Of a DNA stretch of 64,000 nucleotides, positions 47,797-57,487 are shown piece by piece (the first letter of the stretch is position 1; the number at the start of each line of letters is the position of its first letter). The position numbers and the translations under genes were made by a program. Location: assembly GCA_963833425.1 (NCBI GenBank), contig CAWHXP010000009.1:1-64000 (forward strand). The letters are read 5' to 3'. Source of the DNA: an uncultured Methanosarcinaceae archaeon (GTDB taxonomy: Archaea > Halobacteriota > Methanosarcinia > Methanosarcinales > Methanosarcinaceae). The notes beneath the pieces were generated by a model that searched no databases, was not told the origin of the DNA, and saw nothing but the letters and a program-made list of their open reading frames with translations.

Positions 47797-47945
47797 ATGA
47801 AAGGTGGTAAAACAAGATTCCAACAGAAGTTTACAGAAGATACGTTCCTGAACGCTCTATCAATTGATAGCATAAAGTCTACTGCAACTGTTATTAGGTG
47901 GTAGGATGCAGCAGGTCCACAGCTAAAAACATGCTTTATAAGTGT
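47797..47945 (+). pseudogene. Truncated small HTH protein
   Basis: MKGGKTRFQQKFTEDTFLNALSIDSIKSTATVI, then after a shift VVGCSRSTAKNMLYK (HTH-like). Confidence 0.5.
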
Positions 47946-48417
47946 TGTAGAAATCTATTGCAATGGATAAAACTTTTAGCCAGGTATTTCACCGAGTCAC
48001 TTGTACAGTGGCTGGATTTCCGTTGTCTGTCCATAATTTTCTCTTTATGCAATCCGTTTATCTGATTCAGTCAGTTGAATTTCTCACGATCTGTTTACCA
48101 CACAGTGGGGAAAATGTCTCACGTTTTCTGGGATTTGCCTACCCCCTGATCGGTACAATATCCGAAGTAATTTGATTGATTTAGCGCAGTGCCTTCTGAG
48201 ATAGCTTGATGTCGGCTGTCGATCCAGTTTGTATCAACTGTTACATGGCGTGACCACGATAGAGACATTTACTGCCGGGTTGGCGAGCATCCCGACAGCG
48301 GCTAACTAGCTCCGGAATCACTGTCAATCTACCATATCTGTGAATCTGCAATAAAAACATCGTGTAGAGTTTAGCCATCAAATAGTCGATAAATTGATTC
48401 CTCAACAGGTCATTGGA

Positions 48418-49176
48418 TTAATATTGATCCCTTAGAAATTCGATATCGCTGCGTCGATAGTTTCGTAATAACCAGAGACCATAGATGAAAAGCATCAAAG
48501 AGAACGCAAGCAATGCCAGATCCCAAATGGAATTTGTCAGAAATGACAGGCAATCCCACAACCAATGAATTATGATTACCGGAATAATTGTGTTTAGGCG
48601 AATTCGCAAAGCTGCAGTCCAGATACCAAACGTACATGCAAAAAAAGCCTGAAGGACGCTCGCTCTAAAATCTCCAGTGATTAAGCTATTTAATATATGG
48701 ACTGAACCAAAAATAATCGCTGTGATCCATACTGCACGCCATATCCCAAATGATGAAGAAGCCCCATATAACAATATGCCACGAAACATCAGTTCCTCGT
48801 TGATTCCTACCATCATGGTATTGATGATTACAATCGTAAGAACCCCGAGTGATGGTAGATTGGCATATAAAACAATCAGTAGTATGAATAAAAGCGATAG
48901 AGCTGGGGGCCATAACAAACGTAAATCTCGGAAATTATTTGGGCTTTTCCATCCAACTTGAGGCCACCATCTTAAATAAGTAATAACTCCAGTCAAAAAG
49001 ACAATTTCAACTAGCTCCCCAAACATGATCTGTTTTTCAACTAATCTTTCAAGTTGAATGTGATGCCCCTTAACCTGTAGAAGTCCTCCTACCACTATGA
49101 AACTTAGCCAAACTATAAATATTATCAGTGAAGTAGGCCAAGATTTTCGTGATACATTCATTTTTGTTTTCTCCAA
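48418..49176 (-). CDS. CPBP family intramembrane glutamic endopeptidase (CAAX protease/Abi)
   Basis: EELMFRG, FGSVH and HWLWD motifs; multiple TM segments. Confidence 0.9.
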   Translation of the reverse strand: MEKTKMNVSRKSWPTSLIIFIVWLSFIVVGGLLQVKGHHIQLERLVEKQIMFGELVEIVFLTGVITYLRWWPQVGWKSPNNFRDLRLLWPPALSLLFILLIVLYANLPSLGVLTIVIINTMMVGINEELMFRGILLYGASSSFGIWRAVWITAIIFGSVHILNSLITGDFRASVLQAFFACTFGIWTAALRIRLNTIIPVIIIHWLWDCLSFLTNSIWDLALLAFSLMLFIYGLWLLRNYRRSDIEFLRDQY

Positions 49177-50208
49177 AAGAGACGTAAACCATCATTATCA
49201 TAGATATTTGAGTCATTAGTATCAAATTCAAATCATGAATTGATGTTGTTTTTAGCTTCTTCATTATGTAGTTTGTCTGTCCTGTACAAAAGGTGAAGAA
49301 TATGTTCCATCAACGACATCAAGCCCTAGAACACCTTTGTAGGAGACCATTAGTTTGGTTTATCTATAACATTGTTTAGCCTGAAATGAGTGAAGATCCT
49401 ATGTTGAGTAAAGAGTAGTCAAATGTGATATTCTGCCCTACATCATTTTAAGTTGATGGGAATATTTTTTGACTATTAAACTGCATATTATTCGATTTAA
49501 AGCTTAAAGAGATTCTTTTGATTCTCAAAAACAGTACTCATTTACCTTTTTAGTCAAAATTAATTCTCAAATAAACACTAATTTTAGACATAAATTGACA
49601 AATAAATTCAAAAATAAAAGAAATTAGGGCAGATTTCCAAAAAGGTTATTAGTGGTGTAACTATAAAATAATTTACGATTAAAATGTGGGGTGATGACGG
49701 ACATTGTGTGCGAACCCAAAAAAACTGTCATTACTTGGCCATAGCTCAAGATGCTTTTAGGATCATAACTCAATTTTCTTCTTTTTATTTGCTATCAAGG
49801 TTAATATTTTTCTAGTAGCTAATGAATCGACTTACTCTCAGCTAGTACAGCAAATTTTTTATTCTCTTCTTTTGGATAAACCCTACAATGCTCAATAAAA
49901 TGTCTTAAATTGTTCCACAATCGATCTTCATATATTTTTAATATTCATTTCATTTACAGTGAGTATTGTAATATAGAATCTCAAATTAGCTCTTGAAATC
50001 TCTAATCTAATTTGATGCTCGTTTCTTTTAAATATTCATTGCCTAACGGTAACATAAGTACATATCGACTCGTTCGGCAGCCTATTCGCTCACTTTGTCA
50101 GCGATCCAGGAAACTTCGCGTAGATAAATAACACTGGTTCATTGTTCTGGCCGTTATCTTTTCTCCACTTCTAGCCAAGTTTATACTCCTGCAAAGATAA
50201 ATAAAAAC

Positions 50209-50748
50209 TTATTTTTTCTCGATGATCCCACAGATAACCCGCACGCCACTGTTTCCAGCAGGGTTTGTCATCTCATCATCAGGATCAGCATGGATAACCA
50301 GTGAAGTGCCGTTGGCTGTGAATAGCGTAGTCGGCCCTGATGACAATTTCACAAGGGTGGTGGTGATATTCATATGCCCCATACCATTCTCTCCCACTTC
50401 TAGATTGGGTAAATCACCTGCATGGGGGCCTTTCGGGTTGTTTAGGCCATGTTCTTTGCTCAAAGGATTGTAGTGGTCGCCGGCCGAGATGAACGACGGT
50501 CCAGTGCAATTTCCTTTATTATGGATATGAATGCCATGCAAACCTGGTGTCAGGCCGTTCGCGTTGACGTTGATGTGGACCAGGCCACTAGCATCCTCGG
50601 TAAAGTTAGCCAGCCCCACTGTATCGCCCTTCGCATTTTTCAAGGTAGCTATAGCATCATGTGTGGTACCTTCATAGGCATAGATCGTAGTTGCAGCCAT
50701 CAGCATCGCCGAGGTAATTATTACTAATAACAATCCAGTTTTCATCAA
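50209..50748 (-). CDS. sodC: Secreted Cu/Zn superoxide dismutase
   Basis: Signal peptide; HGIHIH, GDHYNP, HG...HAGDLPN, IHADPDD, GNSGVRVICG. Confidence 0.93.
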   Translation of the reverse strand: MMKTGLLLVIITSAMLMAATTIYAYEGTTHDAIATLKNAKGDTVGLANFTEDASGLVHINVNANGLTPGLHGIHIHNKGNCTGPSFISAGDHYNPLSKEHGLNNPKGPHAGDLPNLEVGENGMGHMNITTTLVKLSSGPTTLFTANGTSLVIHADPDDEMTNPAGNSGVRVICGIIEKK

Positions 50749-51282
50749 CTATTCCTCTAAAATTTTTCTGCAAATTAGTAATCAGAATTATTTAGTGCAT
50801 CATAATGGACTTCAGACTTCATAGTAGGCAAGAGTCCCAGACACCTAATATAATCAATTACTGGATACATTTTCCCCATCTTGCTAGATCCCTCTGAAAT
50901 AAAATACCTCAAATTCCTGTGCTAATTAGTTATTACAATTTAGGTTTGCGTTGAATTTTGATGCCCACAGTTCCTGTAGCTCCCCTATAGACACTGTAGC
51001 TTCCTTAAAGGCACTGTCACATGCAGTAAGACATACGCGATTGAACTAAGAAATCTATAACTTACGCACTTAAGGATAAAAATCAAGAACAATAGATAGT
51101 TTGGTCAAATTCATTATTCAGACAGTTGAACTGCGTAGATCCTAAAAATCAATAAGCTTTTTAAACCTAAAACTGCCGAAATTATAATATTTTTGGTAGA
51201 TCTATTCACCGTTTATTTTGCTCCTCAAGCACATAAGTCCTAATGATAAAAGAAATATCTATCATTTTGCAAGATGAAAGAA

Positions 51283-51618
51283 TCAAATTGCTCTACCATT
51301 ATTGCAAAAATACATTATTGTATTTGCATTCTCCAGGCAGTAATCGTCCCAGACAGAGCAGGTTTTACAAATGCAATATCTGTTAGGATCTAAGTCGCTG
51401 CAGGTAGCAGTACCAGATGAACAGTAGACTCCAGGAACCTTGTAAGGCTCTGGAGCTTCATCTTTCCCTAAACTTTTCATTTCATTTTTTAAGTTTCCAA
51501 TTTTATCCAATGTGCACGCACTGTCAACTTGGACAGGACACTGGGGACACATGCATCTTTCGATATTTGTTACAGCATAAGGAACTTTTACTTATCCAGA
51601 TGTACCCATTTCAATCAT
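51283..51618 (-). pseudogene. DUF2769-like Cys-rich protein with an early in-frame TAA
   Basis: GAGGGAG RBS, MIEMGTSG*VKVPYAVTNIERCMCPQCPVQ...YCSSG...CICKTC...YFC. TAA at 51592-51594; could restart at Met 51552. Confidence 0.7.
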
Positions 51619-52792
51619 TTGACTCCCTCTATAAGTTATCTTTATTTAGACTTACTTCACGATAAATATGAAAGTCTTGAAAATCTTTATATGAAACTCT
51701 TCATATGTTCATTTTAAGTTACAGTATACAATTGCCCAGTATTTATTTTAAATTAATTATACAAAAAATAGTTTCTGAATAAAAATTACTTCCCCATAAA
51801 ATGTTTTAAAACCAAAACATAATTTTATATTAATTATGTTTTTATTCTACTCGGAGATCCTCGCAAATTTAACATTGAGCTTTTTCCTAGAAAGCATCCA
51901 GAATTCCAGATATAGGAATTTCGAAACAGAATATAGTCAAATTTATTGAAGTTGTGAATATTTCATAAAATCGATACAGAAGGAATTAGCTATACTGTGT
52001 ATGCAGTCCCTACTATATCCTCAAGATTAATACTGCAAAAAAAATTGAAGATAATTTGAAAGACTTTAGGGATTTGCTCTATTTAAGGATGTTAAGCGAA
52101 TAAGTGATGGTGTGGCTTCCAGGCTTCCTTTTGCTCTCAACTATAATATCAGTGTCAATAGCAGACTTTTGCAGGGTTACATAAACACAAAAAAAATGAT
52201 ATTAATTGATTATGTGCAAATTCCAAAATGGGAGTCTTTTATTTAATTAGCTTAGATGGTTTAGTCGATCTTAGATGTAAAAAAAGTTGATCTTTTGAGC
52301 TGCGGGAGAAAAGATGCCTGCAGCCCATAGAAGGATTGGTTGAAGGTAGGGTAGACCTTTGAATTAGAACTAGATTCAATTTATTATATATTTTTTGGAT
52401 ATATTCTAGATAGAATACTCCTTAACTAGTAAGTATTAAACTTTGGACGAAATCTTATTTTAAAATCAAAGTACGCCTATTTAATAATATAATTTATATA
52501 TTTATTAAATAATAAAAGTGTATGAAAAATATCGCGTGTTTACTTACCATGCATCGTAATCTAAATCATGGAAATCAAATTGGTCAAAAACTGACTTAAT
52601 CTGGGGTCACTAGTTAGTATTTTATCGAAAGTAATGAGTGGTAACTATTGCCCTACTTAGAAAACGTCTATAATCGTCTTATAATGGCTCAGATTTGATG
52701 GATATGAATCCCGCTGCAGTGCAGAACGAACGAACTAAATATTAAAATACAAAACAAGCTAATATTATTTGTAAAGAAAAAACGATGAATCT

Positions 52793-53215
52793 ATGAATCG
52801 CCCATCAAAGCTAACACCTGAAATTCAACAGAGAATCGGTGATAATATTGCACTCGGCTTGACTTATAAGTTGGCTGTCGAATCTGCTTGTGTCACTTAC
52901 AAAACGTTCAATTTTTTGATGACTAAGGGAAAAAATTCAAAATATGGGGAATACATTGAGTTCTATAAATTTATTCAAAAATGCAACGCGGATGCGGCAA
53001 ATAAATGCCTTGAGAAACTAAACGAAGCAGCAAAAGCAGGAAACTGCACGGTGTGTATGTGGATTTTGTCAAGAAGGTTCCATGAAGATTTCGGCAGAAG
53101 ACAATATCGTAAAATGGATGTCGTTTCAGAAAACCTGAATCAGAATGTTAAGATAATTGTCAATGATGCAGATGAAATTAGAGAGATAATTCTAAAAAAG
53201 TTTGCTTTCAATTAA
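52793..53215 (+). CDS. Terminase small subunit-like protein
   Basis: N-terminal RPSKLTPE plus HTH, a helical middle (KFIQKCNADAA), WILSRRFHEDFGRR and a beta-rich tail. This is the pattern of Sf6/P22-type TerS-like proteins, recognised by eye. Confidence 0.6.
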   Translation: MNRPSKLTPEIQQRIGDNIALGLTYKLAVESACVTYKTFNFLMTKGKNSKYGEYIEFYKFIQKCNADAANKCLEKLNEAAKAGNCTVCMWILSRRFHEDFGRRQYRKMDVVSENLNQNVKIIVNDADEIREIILKKFAFN

Positions 53216-53672
53216 GGAATCAATTTTAGCAAGTTTGTCTCCAACTAACTGAAGACGTTTGTATCCTTCTTTATGAGCAAAAATCAGTAAGAGTTTTTAT
53301 AAATATGAATTGTTATCAAGAGATTTAAACTCTCCAATGCTTAAATGCAGAGGCGTTTATCGAAAATATCTATATTCTTTTCTTCCACACCAAATTCCTC
53401 TTTTCATAAAAGATCCCGTTTCCCTTGTACCATCACTTATAATGAGTCTTTCAATTTTTATAAGTCTCCGTACTAATCGGCTAATCATCATAGCACAAAT
53501 TGGTCCAAGTTTTCGGTGATTGCACTCATGTTGGTCATACTCTTGAATTTGTATTTTCTGTATGCTCTTCAGAAAGACTGTGACTTTTGTGATTTTTCAA
53601 GATGAAAGAGCGGAGCCACCCAAAAAACAGGCGCGTTCAAAATGTTTTCCTCATCCAGGTTAAAAACAAATT

Positions 53673-55073
53673 TTATACTTCTTTATGTGGATATGCCATC
53701 CGATACGGGTCCACGATTCGGTCAAACTCTTCATCCGATATCAGGTTCAAGGCGATATTTGCTTCCTTTAAAGAAGAGTTATGATCATCGGCATAATGGG
53801 CTAGCTGAGATGCTTTGTCATACCCGATTTCTGGGCTCAGTGCAGTTACGAGCATCAGCGATTCCTTTAGGTACTGATCGATCCGCTGTTTGTTTGGTTG
53901 CAGATCCTTAAGCAGATACCGCGTAAAGGTATCGCAGCTATCGGAGATAATTCGAACTGACTGGACGATGTTGAAGATCATCAGCGGCTTGTATACATTC
54001 ATCTCGAGATAACCGCCGGCATTGGCTAAGGAGACAGCATTGTCGTACCCCATTACCTGTACGGCGACCATGGTCATGGCCTCACACTGGGTTGGATTTA
54101 CCTTACCTGGCATAATAGAGGATCCTGGCTCATTGGATGGTATTATCAGTTCGTGTAAGCCGGCCCGGGGTCCGCAGCTCAGGAGCCGAATATCATTAGC
54201 AATTTTATACAACGACGTTGCTAGGACCTTCACTGCCCCACTGGCTGCAGCCAGTGCATCGTGCGATCCCTGCAAAGCAAACTTGTTCGGTGAGGTGATG
54301 AACGGAAACCCTGTAAACTGGCCGATTTTTTTTGCCACCAGAGCATCGAATCCACTGGGGGAATTTAACCCAGTACCGACTGCTGTCCCGCCAAGTGCAA
54401 GTGTATACAAATCATCCCGTGCCCGCCCCAAGCGGCTGATAGCCTCATCTAGCATCGTTACATACCCGGAAAACTCCTGACCCAAAGTGAGGGGAACTGC
54501 ATCCTGCAGATGAGTCCTCCCGATCTTGACTATGGAATCCCAAGCTTCAGCTTTTTGCTTCAGGTCTGTCTGCATGTTTTTCAAGGATGGGATCAGCCGA
54601 TTATTGAAGAGGAAGATGGTGGTGATATGCATCCCTGTCGGGAACGCATCGTTGGAAGACTGCGATTTATTGACGTCGTCGTTCGGATGAATCGGAATTT
54701 TGCTCCCCATCACCCCGCCTGAGAGCTCGATCGCCCGGTTGGAAATGACTTCATTCACGTTCATGTTCGACTGGGTACCACTCCCAGTCATCCAGACGTG
54801 CAGTGGAAAATGGTGGTCCAACTTTCCGCTGATCACCTCATCGGCAACCCGGACGATTAGATCTGCTTTTTCCTTTTCCAGGGTGCCCAGTTCAAAATTA
54901 GTCAGCGCTGCAGCCTTTTTAATAAGGGCGAGTGAATGTATCATCTCGATTGGAATGAGATCATCACCTATTGAAAAATGCATCAACGAGCGTTGTGTCT
55001 GTGCACCCCAGTACCGATCGGCTGGAACCTCGATGCTTCCCATGCTGTCGGTCTCCATCCTCTTATCAGTCAT
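53673..55073 (-). CDS. fumC: Class II fumarate hydratase
   Basis: WGAQTQRS, TGSGTQSNMNVNE, SQSSND, GRTHLQDA, GSSIMPGKVNP. Confidence 0.96.
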   Translation of the reverse strand: MTDKRMETDSMGSIEVPADRYWGAQTQRSLMHFSIGDDLIPIEMIHSLALIKKAAALTNFELGTLEKEKADLIVRVADEVISGKLDHHFPLHVWMTGSGTQSNMNVNEVISNRAIELSGGVMGSKIPIHPNDDVNKSQSSNDAFPTGMHITTIFLFNNRLIPSLKNMQTDLKQKAEAWDSIVKIGRTHLQDAVPLTLGQEFSGYVTMLDEAISRLGRARDDLYTLALGGTAVGTGLNSPSGFDALVAKKIGQFTGFPFITSPNKFALQGSHDALAAASGAVKVLATSLYKIANDIRLLSCGPRAGLHELIIPSNEPGSSIMPGKVNPTQCEAMTMVAVQVMGYDNAVSLANAGGYLEMNVYKPLMIFNIVQSVRIISDSCDTFTRYLLKDLQPNKQRIDQYLKESLMLVTALSPEIGYDKASQLAHYADDHNSSLKEANIALNLISDEEFDRIVDPYRMAYPHKEV

Positions 55074-55085
55074 CCAAATATCCCC

Positions 55086-56732
55086 TCATACGATATAGCT
55101 CTCATAATATGGATGATACATCTTTGATTCCACCAGTTTGATGATATGGTCGTCATAATTTGGTCTCTCCACCCGTGCAAACCCTCTTTCAAAGATCACC
55201 CTGGCCACGGCTTCCGCCATCGCGGTTGCCACAGTGACGATCTGGGATTCAGGCGGGAAGAGCATCTCCTTATCAATCTGCTCCCTTGTGAGCTGGTTCG
55301 CTAGTGTCTTGGCGGCAACGAGAAACATCTCATCGGTGACCCTTGTTGCTTCCGTTGCGAAGACGGCCATGCCCACTGGGGGGAATATCCATAGGTTATT
55401 GGCTTGTGCGGGCTGGAACTCACGGCCCTGGTAGGCGACCTGAGGGAACAGGACACCGGCTGCAAACAATGCCTTTCCATTGGAATATCTGTAGGCCTCT
55501 TCTGCAGTGCACTCTTCCTGAGTCGTCGGGTTGGAGAGTGGGAAGATTAACGGTCGTTCATTGATCTCGGCCATTGCCTGAATCACTTCTTTGGTGAATA
55601 AGTTCGGTTGGGTCGAAACTCCTACAATTGCCGTGGGCTTTATCGACTGAATAGATTCCACAAAAGACACCAGTGGCGAGTGCTCGTGAGCATACGGTTG
55701 CTTAAAGAACTCCAGACGTTCTCGACCTTTGACCACCAGGCCTTTCGTATCGAACATCCAGCACCGAGTCCGTGCTTGCTCGTCCGTCAGTCCCTCTTGT
55801 TTCATCGCATAGCAGAGCATATCTGCGATTCCCCGTGCTGCAGAGCCGGCACCGAGAAAGAGGATGGTATGCTCGCTGATCTTCTTCCCGGTGTAGCGCT
55901 CTGCCGAATAAAATCCAGCTGCTGTCACTGCACCAGTCCCTTGGATGTCGTCATTGAACATGCACACCTTCTCACGATATCTCTCCAGGAGTGAAACGGC
56001 ATGGTAATTGGCGAAATCTTCAAACTGGATACAACACCGGGGGAATAATTCCTGTACTGCCTGTACAAACTCATCCACTAGCGCGAGATATTCGGAGCCA
56101 TCTGTACGTGGCTGACGCAACCCCATATAGAGTGAGTCATTCAGGAGCTCCGGGGTGTTCGTCCCGACGTCCAGGTGTACCGGCAACTGGTACTGCGGAG
56201 GTACACCTGCGATCGCCGTGTACAGGGCGAGTTTTCCGATTGGTATGCCCATGCCATTTGTTCCTAGATCCCCAAGGCCCAGAATCCTTTCGCCGTCGGT
56301 GATGACGATAAACCGAACATCCTTCTCCGGCCACTGCTGCAATATAGATTTAATCTTTCCTTTATCCGCGAGTGAGAGATAGATTCCTCGTGTTTTCCGG
56401 AAGATATGACCGAACTTGAGACATGCCTCACCTACCGTTGGGTCATAGACAATCGGAAGGAACGTAGCAGGGTCCGAGATCAATAACCGATAATATAGGG
56501 TCTCGTTCCTGTCCTGCAAGTTGGCTAGGTACACAAATTTGTCGATATCTTGTGATAGATGAGATATCTGGCTTAATACACGCTGTACCTGCGTATCCTC
56601 GCTCTCGATAGCAGCAGGAAAGAATCCTTCTAGACCTAGAAGTCTTCGTTCTTCCAGTGAAAAGGCTCCGTCTTTATTATAGCGAGGGTTATTCAATAAC
56701 TCAATGCCTTTCGGGATATTTTTTTTCTCCAT
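55086..56732 (-). CDS. maeA: NAD-dependent malic enzyme
   Basis: TDGERILGLGDLG, GIPIGKLALY, QFEDF, FNDDIQGT, GAGSA, PLSNPT, QANN. Confidence 0.94.
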   Translation of the reverse strand: MEKKNIPKGIELLNNPRYNKDGAFSLEERRLLGLEGFFPAAIESEDTQVQRVLSQISHLSQDIDKFVYLANLQDRNETLYYRLLISDPATFLPIVYDPTVGEACLKFGHIFRKTRGIYLSLADKGKIKSILQQWPEKDVRFIVITDGERILGLGDLGTNGMGIPIGKLALYTAIAGVPPQYQLPVHLDVGTNTPELLNDSLYMGLRQPRTDGSEYLALVDEFVQAVQELFPRCCIQFEDFANYHAVSLLERYREKVCMFNDDIQGTGAVTAAGFYSAERYTGKKISEHTILFLGAGSAARGIADMLCYAMKQEGLTDEQARTRCWMFDTKGLVVKGRERLEFFKQPYAHEHSPLVSFVESIQSIKPTAIVGVSTQPNLFTKEVIQAMAEINERPLIFPLSNPTTQEECTAEEAYRYSNGKALFAAGVLFPQVAYQGREFQPAQANNLWIFPPVGMAVFATEATRVTDEMFLVAAKTLANQLTREQIDKEMLFPPESQIVTVATAMAEAVARVIFERGFARVERPNYDDHIIKLVESKMYHPYYESYIV

Positions 56733-57487
56733 ATACAATCCCCTTTGATAATTTAGGATATTTGATGTTCTTAGATATTTATCGAAAATCCTACTCTAAT
56801 TTTCACGAGTTTTCGATGTAATATGTATAAGATCTGACAAAAATTAGGTGTTTATTGAAATCCTCTTTAGGACGCAATTACAATTATTTTCTTAATTATT
56901 TTAAATTGATTCTAAAAAAAATAGTTTCGGAATAAAATTTACTTTCTCATAAAATATTTTAATATCGAGCAATAATTTGAGATTAATTATGGATAATTTC
57001 GAATTACCTTTAATTTTTTTCTTCGTAAGAATCCTGTTTAAATCTTTCCGTAAATTTCTGTATTTGGTCTAATTTTTTCTTTTCTTGTTAATTATTCTTT
57101 GATTTTAAAGATAGCTTCGCTATCGTTAAAACACTCTTTTTTAATTCAGAGATCGTGATAGAGACAATGATGTAAACAGTGAGAATTTATTTAATGATTT
57201 GTCTGCACCCAGGGTAGCCTATCCCGAATTGTCCATAGATTTAAATTATTTTTTAGCTTCAAAACATTACATAATAAAGTAAGTTTTGTTCAGAAACTAT
57301 TTTTTGTGTAATTAATTTAAAATAATTAAATGGATAAAAGCTACCTTGTAGCTTAAAGTGAACAGATAAAGAGTGAAAGAGTGGGGGAGGACCTGTAGGA
57401 AGTAGATAATTTTGATGAGCTTTGAAATTTTTTTACAACTGCTCATTAATGACTTTTGGATAGGCTCTAAGTCTCGAGGAGAACCAT

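Larger units (their letters stand above)
40319..53215. mobile_element. Integrated PICI/satellite-like element (boundaries approximate)
   Basis: Order int - wHTH(-) / AbrB(+) - small ORFs - Prim-Pol/helicase - iteron origin - cargo - terS-like. No structural genes seen. att sites not found. Confidence 0.7.

Noticed and set aside
50041..50160. attC-like integron site downstream of sodC (gcctaac...gttatct)
   Set aside because: I could not build a convincing paired R/L-box hairpin, it is a single copy, and the integrase shows no recognisable IntI features.
40319..53215. Complete provirus or conjugative element
   Set aside because: No capsid, portal, TerL, tail, relaxase or VirB4/VirD4-like genes are visible in the window.
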